IMG/VR virus record: IMGVR_UViG_3300028920_000043
Coordinates: 32,001-96,000 of that record
Source of the DNA: a virus
Reading direction: 5' to 3' (one strand)
Length of the DNA: 64,000 bases
Below are positions 55,749 to 64,000 of the stretch, piece by piece. Made by a program: the position numbers and the translations under genes. Below the pieces are notes generated by a model. The model did no database searches, had not been told where the DNA came from, and worked only from the letters and a program-made list of their open reading frames with translations. Positions within the stretch are counted from its first letter, which is position 1, and each line of letters opens with the position of its first letter.

Positions 55749-57602
55749 TTATTCAGCGTTTGCTATTCTCGTACCTCTCCAGTCGATGTTCTCTGTAGCG
55801 GTAACTCGTAAACGCATATTCCCACCACTGACATCGACTGAAATAGAAAGTCCAGAAATACTGGAACCTGTTTTCAATTTGGCATACTGGGTTGAATCCA
55901 CTGACCCGGATCCATCGTGCAAGGCATGAACTTCATATGCTTCACGTTTCGTTCCGGTTGCATTGGACATTACTGTGACAAGCCACCACGCCTCACAGTA
56001 ACTTGCTGTGGCAACCTGATCCATTGTCAATCCAGAAGAAGCGTCCTGATTGTCTGCGCTGAACTTCTTTGGAGCGTTGATAGTAACATCCAACTCGGTG
56101 TCACCAATACTGCCTGCCTTGACGTAAAGCTGATTGGATCCATTCTCACCAATCGTATCATCGTCAATCTTAACGGCAACACCGTTTGAGGTCACACTAA
56201 TAACAGTAGCCAGGTTCACCCCACCAGTCGCATCAGGCTTCACCTGAAGATCATCTGATCCATTATCCTCCAGACCATTACCAGCGAAGTCTGCCGGTTC
56301 AATATCCAACAGATAAGAACTAACTCCGTTCTGCTTCAGACCGTCACCGGCAATCTCACTTGCATCAATCTCAAGATCATCAGCATTGACTTGAACACCC
56401 TTGTTTGCATCGCCAACATTGATAGTATTACCACTCTTGGTAAGACCGGCGCCGGCGATAACCTGACCCGCTCCAGAGAACTGAACCCATGTAATATTGG
56501 TTGTACCAACTGTTATGGGCTCGTCCGTAGTACACAGATAACCATTATCAGCTTGAGTAGTGCCTTCTTCCACAAACGTATAGGCTGCCGCGAACTCGTC
56601 TGCTTCGTCATTATCCGTTGCTCTTGTCAATTGCCATGGAGTACCACCATCACCAACAGTGGTCAGGACATAAATACCATTATACGGGGCATTACCCCCA
56701 GTTTCATTCTTGATCAGAACGCGGTCACCCTGTACCAGGGTAATGTCATCCTGCGAAGGGAAAGCACCGTTGGTGTTTTTAGTAAGGGTAGCGCCAACAC
56801 CTAATGTTCCATTGTTATAGGTATATGCATCTACCAATGCCGCAGTCGTTGCTGCCCTTGAGGATCCTTTACCGTGTAAGCCTTGCGCTATATTATCAAC
56901 GTAGAGTTTATTTGCCACATCGGTGTCGCTGGTTGGCGCATCGACCACCGTCATAGCACCGCCAGTCTCAACGTTGATAGCACCACCGGATTGAATCGTT
57001 ATTGTTCCGTTGGTTTGACCATCCTGCTGAACAACTGCATCCAAATCCGTTTGGTGTGGATTCGTTGTATCATCAGCGTGAGTTTTCAAAGCGCCATCAA
57101 GATCTGACGCCTTGGCCATTACCGTACTGTCAACGGAAATATAATTCGTATTTGATACATCTGAATCAGCACCAATGGCATCATCTAACGCTTCAATGTT
57201 GTCATTGACATCCTCTCCGGCAACAATCGGATTGTTTGTACGAGAATTGGCAGCGGGGTCAGCACCAATTTCGGCATCAAGTTTTCCGGCGGCAGTTTCA
57301 AGAGAATCATCATTGGCAATATGATGAGTACTTGAATAACTGGGCAAAACATTCCCGGTTGAATCCTTGCCCATGAAAGTATTCTGATAGCCATCTTCAA
57401 GACTGGCACCAGAGCTGTCAACGATCAAGGTCCAATCCGTATTCCCTGCACCTGTCTTATGGTATGTGGATCCATTAGTTCTCAGGTACAGAGATCCGAT
57501 AGGTGCTTCAACTCCTCCTCCTGATGTTGGATCATCTACACCATCAAGAACCTCAACATCATTTTCTAAAATTAGGCCTTCGCCTATTTTGAACTTACCC
57601 AT
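55749..57602 (-). CDS. Fibre / head-decoration protein
   Basis: HADDTTNPH, APTSDTDVANKLYVD, GDRVLIKNE...NGIY, TDEPITVGTTNITWVQFSGAG..AGAGLTKSGNT. Confidence 0.72.
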   Translation of the reverse strand: MGKFKIGEGLILENDVEVLDGVDDPTSGGGVEAPIGSLYLRTNGSTYHKTGAGNTDWTLIVDSSGASLEDGYQNTFMGKDSTGNVLPSYSSTHHIANDDSLETAAGKLDAEIGADPAANSRTNNPIVAGEDVNDNIEALDDAIGADSDVSNTNYISVDSTVMAKASDLDGALKTHADDTTNPHQTDLDAVVQQDGQTNGTITIQSGGAINVETGGAMTVVDAPTSDTDVANKLYVDNIAQGLHGKGSSRAATTAALVDAYTYNNGTLGVGATLTKNTNGAFPSQDDITLVQGDRVLIKNETGGNAPYNGIYVLTTVGDGGTPWQLTRATDNDEADEFAAAYTFVEEGTTQADNGYLCTTDEPITVGTTNITWVQFSGAGQVIAGAGLTKSGNTINVGDANKGVQVNADDLEIDASEIAGDGLKQNGVSSYLLDIEPADFAGNGLEDNGSDDLQVKPDATGGVNLATVISVTSNGVAVKIDDDTIGENGSNQLYVKAGSIGDTELDVTINAPKKFSADNQDASSGLTMDQVATASYCEAWWLVTVMSNATGTKREAYEVHALHDGSGSVDSTQYAKLKTGSSISGLSISVDVSGGNMRLRVTATENIDWRGTRIANAE

Positions 57603-57612
57603 TGGATGTCTC

Positions 57613-57960
57613 CTATAACATAAATCGTAAAAATTTTACTGTTATGGTTACCCCTTCATTATTGGTTATTGTCAACGTCATATCAGATCCATCACTTGTT
57701 ACCACCAGGTCATAGTCAATATCCTCTCCAGCTATAGAATATCTGGAGTAATCACAACTGGTAGAACGTGCTCTCGCCAAAACTTCTAATGATTGAGACT
57801 TCAAACCCCCATTATCAATATTGATAATCCACTTTATAGTTTTAGACAGAGATAAGGATACGGTGTCCACATCCTCCGTTCCTGAAGCGGCAATATTAAC
57901 CGTTCCACGGATTCCTGCACCGCCACCGCCGACTTGTCTAAGCTGAACATTTATTCCCAT
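57613..57960 (-). CDS. Small fibre-associated protein, similar to the C-terminal domain of the 617-aa fibre
   Basis: VDTV...KWII...SLEVLA...Y..Y...GSDMTLTIT parallels MDQV...WWLV...AYEVHA...QY...GGNMRLRVT. Confidence 0.55.
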   Translation of the reverse strand: MGINVQLRQVGGGGAGIRGTVNIAASGTEDVDTVSLSLSKTIKWIINIDNGGLKSQSLEVLARARSTSCDYSRYSIAGEDIDYDLVVTSDGSDMTLTITNNEGVTITVKFLRFML

Positions 57961-57977
57961 CTAACTCACCAATACTG

Positions 57978-58208
57978 TTATGGCTGGGCGTCAATGTATG
58001 CTTGCAAGGCGGCACCGTCTGTAATAATATTGGAAATTGCCGTCTGTTCCGATTCTGGGATCTTCGACTGAATGATCCCATAGATGTTGGCATCGTTCAA
58101 AACTGCAAGCCCGCTGAACAATGAATTCCGAATTCCGTTGATAGCGTTCTCACACTGTTCCGCAAGTAATTTCTCATCGTCTGTCAAACCACTCTTGTCA
58201 ATAGTCAT
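57978..58208 (-). CDS. Hypothetical protein
   Basis: GAGGA SD; helical 76-aa ORF. Confidence 0.55.
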   Translation of the reverse strand: MTIDKSGLTDDEKLLAEQCENAINGIRNSLFSGLAVLNDANIYGIIQSKIPESEQTAISNIITDGAALQAYIDAQP

Positions 58209-58249
58209 TTTTGTTTATCCTCGGCACTGATAGTCCTTTTTCTGTTTGT

Positions 58250-58603
58250 TTATAAATCAGCTCCGGTAAGATCCTTCAACTCTCTCCGAAGTAATTTTAC
58301 TGCTGTTGGATTGACCGCATCATCCGGAATAGTCTTGCACATCTCTTCCAACTTCAAATCGATTTCTGCTTGAGTGGGAGTTTTGCCACTCTTATTAGTT
58401 TGACGAATGACCCACTCACGAAGAGAAAACATCACTTTCTTGAGTTTCTTTTCGAGTGCTTCTTGATCCACGACTTTCTTTATGCCGGGATATTTTACAT
58501 AAAGCCAATCAACCGCTTTCCCCAAAAGCCAAAGCAAAATCATAAATGCAAATGTTATTACTGCCGGCTGAGACACCAATGATTTCAAAAACTCAACCAT
58601 CAC
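58250..58603 (-). CDS. Putative holin-like membrane protein
   Basis: Single N-terminal TM segment, basic C-terminal region, GGAGGTGG SD. Confidence 0.5.
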   Translation of the reverse strand: MMVEFLKSLVSQPAVITFAFMILLWLLGKAVDWLYVKYPGIKKVVDQEALEKKLKKVMFSLREWVIRQTNKSGKTPTQAEIDLKLEEMCKTIPDDAVNPTAVKLLRRELKDLTGADL

Positions 58604-58622
58604 TCCACCTCCATTAAAAAAA

Positions 58623-58934
58623 TTAGGCTTTCTTGCCGTTCAAACTTCGTAGAATAGATATCTGCTCATCTGCCTTAAGCAGCATCTTCAAATGCTCTTC
58701 CTTCTGAAACTTATGCGCTTCAGCATGGCGCTCATCTGCCTTCTCTATTCTTATGTGTAACTCATTAAGAGATTTTGTATGCTCTCCCAAGGACTCTGTG
58801 TTCTTTTCAAGTTGTTTGGTCATATTGGTAATAATATGCTTTACCATCCAGACGCAAAGCAAGAAAATTCCGACTGATAGCGCCATACCCAGGCCTACAT
58901 CCTTAACAGCCTGGTATATCGACAGTCCATCCAT
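58623..58934 (-). CDS. Putative holin-like (BhlA/UviB-type) membrane protein
   Basis: N-terminal TM segment followed by a coiled coil. Confidence 0.5.
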   Translation of the reverse strand: MDGLSIYQAVKDVGLGMALSVGIFLLCVWMVKHIITNMTKQLEKNTESLGEHTKSLNELHIRIEKADERHAEAHKFQKEEHLKMLLKADEQISILRSLNGKKA

Positions 58935-58950
58935 TGGTTCTCCTTTCAGA

Positions 58951-60498
58951 TTAAGCTACATCATTGAATAAACTGGAAAGTAAGTATTCCATCTCTCGTG
59001 GATCCACATCAAAATCCATGAAAAGTTTTTCACCATCCATACTAATAATATCCTTCATCTTATCCTCAGCCGTCACCGATGGCTTGACAGCTGGTTGAGA
59101 TTGAACGGGCTTAATCGGATTTCCACCTTGCGTCTGCTGTCCGGGAACGAAAGGAGCATCTCCCCACGGTACAGGTCCAAGTCCCTTCAATGCTCGAACT
59201 TCATTAATGGTATTGACCGCGTTCTGCACATAAGTCTTATCTATATTTGCTTGCGTTTCTACATCAGCGCGGTCAATATCATCAAAATCCGCTACCACAT
59301 CATAAATACCAAGACCATCCTGAACGATCTCTTTGGTATATGTATAGGATTCCAAGGCTAAAATAGGCTTGATTGCGTTTGCTTTGAATACTTCAATCTG
59401 CTGAACTGAATTGAGACGCCCAGTTCCCACATCTCTTATTCCAAGAACAATCGGTTGCATGGAATAACATGACATAACTTTCTGAAGCAACCATCTTGCA
59501 TACTCCATGAACTCCATGTCTTTATTCTTGCCCGTTAGATCGAGAAATTCTGGTTTAGTTCCCACAAATGCCATTTTATGAGAGCGCCCTTTGAATTGAG
59601 CCCTCCACCAATCGGCAAAACGTTTCAGTGCCGGCTTCTTCATTCCTCCCAAACCAACAATGCCGGACGGCATTGCATTGTTCTGAAAGAACTCGAGATT
59701 GTGGCGATCAGCAAACAGATCGGCAGCGATTGTTTGCTTCAATGATTCCAGGGGTGACAATCCATAAACTGATCCGGGTTGCGGATATTGGATCATGTAG
59801 ATCAGTTCATCCTTTTGAAACTCTGCGGCAGGTTCTCTGGGATTTTCAGGAAGGTATTGTAGATATGCCCGATTCGGAATAAGATTGCCATGCTTGTTTA
59901 TATTTTTTCGTATGTATCTTGATTCTTGATTATAGATCTCTGCCAACTTTCCGGTTGTATCTTTTACTTTCTCCATGCACCCAGAATCCGATACCAATAA
60001 ATCCAGTATCGTCTTCTTTCTGATATCCATGAAGCTTTCTTTTTCGAGATTAGGATCTTCAAAGAAGTCCATAACCGCATCCATATTTCTCTTGGTCTTA
60101 TCCGGAATGCCTGTTGCTTCAGGACGCTTGGGACGGACCCTTACATGGACTGCTGTTGCCGTCTTTACTATGAGATCAATTATTGCACGAGACCAGGAAT
60201 GGCTCCGATAGACTCCCCACATGAGATCAAGGGAGACCAAAGGTTCTCTAGGTACCCCATTTCTTCCCCCGTACCCCATTGCAGTCCGTAACTGCTGATT
60301 AATCGTTCCGCGCCGATTGCTCGAATCTCCTCGGGGCTTACCAAAATCGGGTCCGGTATCATTGTCGTCCGCCTTTATCATCTCTGCCTTTCTTTCGATA
60401 TGAACAGCAGGCACCGGCAAGACTTTTGTTTCCTCAGCTTCTGTTTCTGATCCAGGAGATGATCCCAGACGCTTGAAGAATGTAATAATTTTACTCAT
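58951..60498 (-). CDS. Portal protein (HK97-like)
   Basis: YGLSPLE, FFQNNAMPSG, DMEFME, TINEVR..GLGPVPWGD. Start moved to ATG 60498 because the track's TTG lies in the repeat. Confidence 0.95.
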   Translation of the reverse strand: MSKIITFFKRLGSSPGSETEAEETKVLPVPAVHIERKAEMIKADDNDTGPDFGKPRGDSSNRRGTINQQLRTAMGYGGRNGVPREPLVSLDLMWGVYRSHSWSRAIIDLIVKTATAVHVRVRPKRPEATGIPDKTKRNMDAVMDFFEDPNLEKESFMDIRKKTILDLLVSDSGCMEKVKDTTGKLAEIYNQESRYIRKNINKHGNLIPNRAYLQYLPENPREPAAEFQKDELIYMIQYPQPGSVYGLSPLESLKQTIAADLFADRHNLEFFQNNAMPSGIVGLGGMKKPALKRFADWWRAQFKGRSHKMAFVGTKPEFLDLTGKNKDMEFMEYARWLLQKVMSCYSMQPIVLGIRDVGTGRLNSVQQIEVFKANAIKPILALESYTYTKEIVQDGLGIYDVVADFDDIDRADVETQANIDKTYVQNAVNTINEVRALKGLGPVPWGDAPFVPGQQTQGGNPIKPVQSQPAVKPSVTAEDKMKDIISMDGEKLFMDFDVDPREMEYLLSSLFNDVA

Positions 60499-60514
60499 TG
60501 AAGATCCCCAAATA

Positions 60515-60627
60515 TTCAAGCAGAGCTAGTTCAAAAGCTTTCACGCATGAAAGCTAACCATCCAGTCCAATTTGAAACTTTCAAGCAGAGCTAGTTCAAA
60601 AGCTTTCACGCATGAAAGCTAATGAAC
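60515..60627. repeat. Palindromic repeat locus 5 (two units, 65-bp period, opposite orientation to loci 1 and 4)
   Basis: TTCAAGCAGAGCTAGTTCAAAAGCTTTCACGCATGAAAGCTAA occurs twice; cores at 60537-60554 and 60602-60619. Confidence 0.95.
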
Positions 60628-60658
60628 CGGTTAAAAATCTTATATAATTCTTATATAA

Positions 60659-60847
60659 TTATGATCGATCAGACCCAGGAGAATCCTTAAACTTATCCTT
60701 AAGGGATTCCACAAGATCTTTAAGCTCAATAAGGTTCTGATGAAAACCTCTCAATTCTATTATGACTATCAGCCCCAAGAGAGCATTAAGAAACCAAAAA
60801 ATCAAAAAGCATGTAAAGAATAAAGCATTCATATTAAGCAAATCCAA
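60659..60847 (-). CDS. Small membrane protein
   Basis: Hydrophobic N-terminal TM segment; overlaps the terminase stop. Confidence 0.5.
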   Translation of the reverse strand: MDLLNMNALFFTCFLIFWFLNALLGLIVIIELRGFHQNLIELKDLVESLKDKFKDSPGSDRS

Positions 60848-62498
60848 TATCCGATCCGGACTCCGTTATGACATCATAAATAGAACCACTTACTGCGTCC
60901 CATACATCCTTAGTTCCTTTAGAGCCATCTTCAAAGCGCTTAGGATGATCTACTTTCTTTCCCCCTTTATCTTCTAACCCTTTCGCTTCTTTAACCAAAA
61001 CAGGATGGTATGGAATCAAGGCACGGTTATCTAGTATGCAAGCCTGTACTTCCTCAAAAACAGTCAAGCCTCTATCAACAGATAATAAATCGACATCGTA
61101 ACCGCGTTCCTCTAACTGTTGTCTGGTATCTAAAGATAATGCTTGGTCAAATGTTATTACTCCAAACTGCATACCCAAACCGGATAGCTGATAGATAAGC
61201 TCTCGCACCACTCGAAGTTTTACATTCTTATTGGGTTCGGGCTTCCACCATGCTATTATATCCGTCTGAATTATCGGCTCTTCCCAGTCCTCTTCCTCTT
61301 CATCGTCCTTCCTCTTCTTACCTGTTACGCTTTTCCAACCCTCCAGATGTGAAACAGCAAAAGCACAAGGATCTTTTATTGATCCCAGGTCACCATGGGC
61401 ACAATAAATAGTTCCGCGTTGAGGTCTGAAATTTGGATCCAACTGCTTCTTAGTAATACTGAAATTATAAGACAAATCTTTTCTAAAATATTCGTCCAAG
61501 CTCTCTACTTGCTCTTCTGTTCCCCAAACCGAATTAACTGATCTGGTGGGAATGGCAGCAAAGTTTCGCCTGGCTTTGATTGGATTCTTTTTGAATTCTG
61601 ATTTGAAATCATCCTTGGATACCTTCTCATTTATTTCCCATGTAGCTTTCTGAGACACAAAAGCAGAATCTTTCTCTTTTCTTAACTCCTCAAACTTTTG
61701 CATCTCAAAACCATCAACCGATCTTGGTGAGGTAATGCCGATGAGTTTATAATGATTTGGAAAACGTGTGAAGCATGAGTCATAAAACGTATCCCAGCAT
61801 GCCTCCGCGTTTGGCTTGTCATTTACATCCGTGAAATATGCAAGCTCATCCAGTATACCAACTCTAACAGCATACCCCAACCAAGAAATCGATCTTGAGT
61901 TACCAGATAATACAAAGAGATTCTTATTGAATCTAATCTCTCCCCCGAATGGTAAAAACTCACCGAGATCCAACCCTTTGAATGAGTGCTCGACTTGTCT
62001 GAACCATTCAGAATGTTTTAACCGATTAACTGTAGAACCAAAGACAACATCCTGGGCTTGGCGACCGGCAGTCGATGTATTTATATAAAATATGGGATCA
62101 CCGGGCGCCAAACCATAAAAGGATTGAGGACTTCTGTAGCCCAAATCAATATAGGCCTGACGAGCCATAATACAAGCAACGGCAAAACTTTTACCACTCC
62201 CCTTTCCCCATAATAAAACAGCCTGTCTCACATTTGGCTGATCAATGGCTATAAGGGTATCCAAAACTTTATTGAAAATCTTGCCGCCCTTCGCCGGTGG
62301 GAATAAAGGCTTACTCCAACGTTCCAAGGCCATAAATTCCCTTCCGAGATAAAACTCTTCAGCGTCAACTGGATACTCCTCATAAACGCCTTGTTCTTCT
62401 TTTATTCCCGTGGCGATTTGAGAGAGCATCCAACTAGGACTTACACGCTTCTCTTCTCGGCGTTTTTGTGCTGTAGGCCTATCCTGCAGAATTCCCAT
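60834..62498 (-). CDS. terL: Terminase large subunit
   Basis: Walker A WGKGSGKS, Walker B GILDELA, ITSP, nuclease AHGDLG...FDQ...KVDHP...KDVWDA. Confidence 0.92.
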   Translation of the reverse strand: MGILQDRPTAQKRREEKRVSPSWMLSQIATGIKEEQGVYEEYPVDAEEFYLGREFMALERWSKPLFPPAKGGKIFNKVLDTLIAIDQPNVRQAVLLWGKGSGKSFAVACIMARQAYIDLGYRSPQSFYGLAPGDPIFYINTSTAGRQAQDVVFGSTVNRLKHSEWFRQVEHSFKGLDLGEFLPFGGEIRFNKNLFVLSGNSRSISWLGYAVRVGILDELAYFTDVNDKPNAEACWDTFYDSCFTRFPNHYKLIGITSPRSVDGFEMQKFEELRKEKDSAFVSQKATWEINEKVSKDDFKSEFKKNPIKARRNFAAIPTRSVNSVWGTEEQVESLDEYFRKDLSYNFSITKKQLDPNFRPQRGTIYCAHGDLGSIKDPCAFAVSHLEGWKSVTGKKRKDDEEEEDWEEPIIQTDIIAWWKPEPNKNVKLRVVRELIYQLSGLGMQFGVITFDQALSLDTRQQLEERGYDVDLLSVDRGLTVFEEVQACILDNRALIPYHPVLVKEAKGLEDKGGKKVDHPKRFEDGSKGTKDVWDAVSGSIYDVITESGSDIGFA

Positions 62499-62500
62499 GA

Positions 62501-63745
62501 TTACTCCTTAGCAGATGTCGACTCCGGTTCCTTTTCTTTTTCTTTCTCTGGCTCTTTGGTTTTGCTTGGTTTCTTCTTCAAATCCTTATCGAAGAATATT
62601 TGACCTGCTTGATACTGCTCAGCAGAGAAAGTACAGATTCTCTCGAGAATCTTAACCGCCCTCTTTCCCGTATCTTCAAGAGAGAGTGTGGTTTTCAATT
62701 TAGAAAGCTTATCAGCTTTCTGTTTCTGCGCTTTCTTATCCTTGCCGTCTGATTCCGATGCCACTATAACTTCAATGGCTTTCTTTATGTAATCGCTCTC
62801 ATCTCCCCACTTAGCATAGGTAAGAAGATCCCCATACGTTTCCCGAAGTACCGGAAGATCGTAAGCGATACAAGGCTTATCAAGGCATAATGCCTCTCCC
62901 GGTGGCATACCAAATCCCTCAAACGATGACGGAAATAGTAATGCCTTTGATTCTGCCAGATGATGAAACTTAGCCTCATCCCCAATCTCATCGATAAGGG
63001 AAATCTTCACATCCGACTTTCTTGCCAGGGATTCCAATGAACTTCGGATTTCAGGTTTCAGAAATCCACCGATCATTACCAACTCAAAATCCTTTCCCTG
63101 GCGCTTGAGCTCCGCGGCTACCCTTACAGGGGTCTTATAATTCTTATGCTCGATGAATCTGGAAATAAAGATGAGCTTGTCTTTTTCCTGCACATCCTTT
63201 ATTTCCGAAATGATTTTGGAATTGAGCGGGGTATTGAGAACGTAAAATGTCATCGGATTGGCCTCATCCAAATATTCCACCGCATACTTTTTACCGATCT
63301 CGGTGGAACAGAATATTCCGGAACAGCCCATTGCGGAAAACTTGATACCGCGCCATTGCTGTTCAACGTGCTTTGGAATATCACCGTTATACTTAACGCT
63401 GTATTCCCAGTTCGGAACATCAAAGATGAGAAGTAGCAGATGCTTCAGAAAGCGCTTTGCAAAGAACTTCGCACGTTCCGCGGCATCGAATGGAACTCCC
63501 ATGACAAAATCATAGTCATTGACTCGATTCTCAATCTGCTTTTCCCACTTCTCTGAGGTTACCACGCCAACGCTGGAATCCAACACACTCAGTACCGGTG
63601 ATGGTCTTTCCGTCAAGACATCAACTCCAATACCCTGACCTACCAGAGCATTAGCAAGAAGACATGCATGATATTTTCCACCGGCATAGAACTTATAGTT
63701 ACTGTTCATAAATAGGGCTACTTTACCCTTTTTGCCGAAACCCAT
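62501..63745 (-). CDS. GT4-family glycosyltransferase
   Basis: GGKYHA, ISRFIEHKN, FPSSFEGFGMPPGEA, YDLPV; paralog of the GT4 domain at 38254. Start moved to MGFG after GAGGAGG. Confidence 0.88.
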   Translation of the reverse strand: MGFGKKGKVALFMNSNYKFYAGGKYHACLLANALVGQGIGVDVLTERPSPVLSVLDSSVGVVTSEKWEKQIENRVNDYDFVMGVPFDAAERAKFFAKRFLKHLLLLIFDVPNWEYSVKYNGDIPKHVEQQWRGIKFSAMGCSGIFCSTEIGKKYAVEYLDEANPMTFYVLNTPLNSKIISEIKDVQEKDKLIFISRFIEHKNYKTPVRVAAELKRQGKDFELVMIGGFLKPEIRSSLESLARKSDVKISLIDEIGDEAKFHHLAESKALLFPSSFEGFGMPPGEALCLDKPCIAYDLPVLRETYGDLLTYAKWGDESDYIKKAIEVIVASESDGKDKKAQKQKADKLSKLKTTLSLEDTGKRAVKILERICTFSAEQYQAGQIFFDKDLKKKPSKTKEPEKEKEKEPESTSAKE

Positions 63746-63746
63746 T

Positions 63747-64000
63747 CTAATCCTCCTCATACCTAAATGGTTTCAACTCGTCAATAATCTTCAGACGTAT
63801 CTTGTAATTAGAATATTTCTTTCCTATTAACTTTATCTTCTTTAGACGCCTAACCTCCTCTGTTATGTTTGACTGCCCTTTGAATACACGCCGAGCAGAT
63901 GAGCGTGCCAATCTCCTTTCCTTTACCGGCCAGTCAGGTGTTACCGGCCATTCATTATGCTTTTTAACTAACGCATAAATCTCTGTCCGTTTCCAATCCT
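63747..64000 (-). CDS. Partial hypothetical protein (C-terminus only)
   Basis: Open frame from the window edge: DWKRTEIYALVKKHNEWPVTPDWPVKERR...KPFRYEED*. Confidence 0.5.
   Translation of the reverse strand, partial: DWKRTEIYALVKKHNEWPVTPDWPVKERRLARSSARRVFKGQSNITEEVRRLKKIKLIGKKYSNYKIRLKIIDELKPFRYEED

Noticed and set aside
37-63515. Remaining short plus-strand ORFs in the track
   Set aside because: All overlap well-supported minus-strand genes and show no recognisable motifs.

Overview
The whole window is part of a large tailed dsDNA phage genome with a siphovirus-like layout. Essentially every real gene is on the minus strand, and genes are cut off at both edges. Shine-Dalgarno sites and one sigma70-like promoter point to a bacterial host. 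In transcription order (64000 to 1) it contains: a GT4 glycosyltransferase, terminase large subunit and portal; a ~14 kb block of holin-like, fibre-like and permuted NlpC/P60 genes; a MuF protein fused to an R-S-E ADP-ribosyltransferase, followed by a small unannotated ORF; prohead protease/acidic scaffold and HK97-fold capsid; a sugar-modification island (GT4-GT2-GT2, methyltransferases, RmlD-like, RmlC-like, SDR epimerase); head-tail joining genes, another GT4, tail tube, frameshifted chaperone and tape measure; a CgeB-type GT fused to a Maf/DUF115 domain; two LamG fibre genes with two sulfotransferase-like genes between them; tail-tip proteins; an AT-rich promoter region; SNF2 helicase and 5'-3' exonuclease; and a 7-deazaguanine DNA-modification cluster (queD, queE, PRTase-folE fusion, an unexpected class V PLP enzyme, queC, partial dpdA). 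Best candidates for new biology: (1) a virion glycosylation/methylation/sulfation system distributed through the structural operon; (2) a non-canonical deazaguanine pathway; (3) a family of 8 palindromic GCTTTCA-N4-TGAAAGC elements at 5 intergenic loci, two of which belong to a conserved ~200-nt non-coding element. All calls come from reading motifs by eye; no searches were run.
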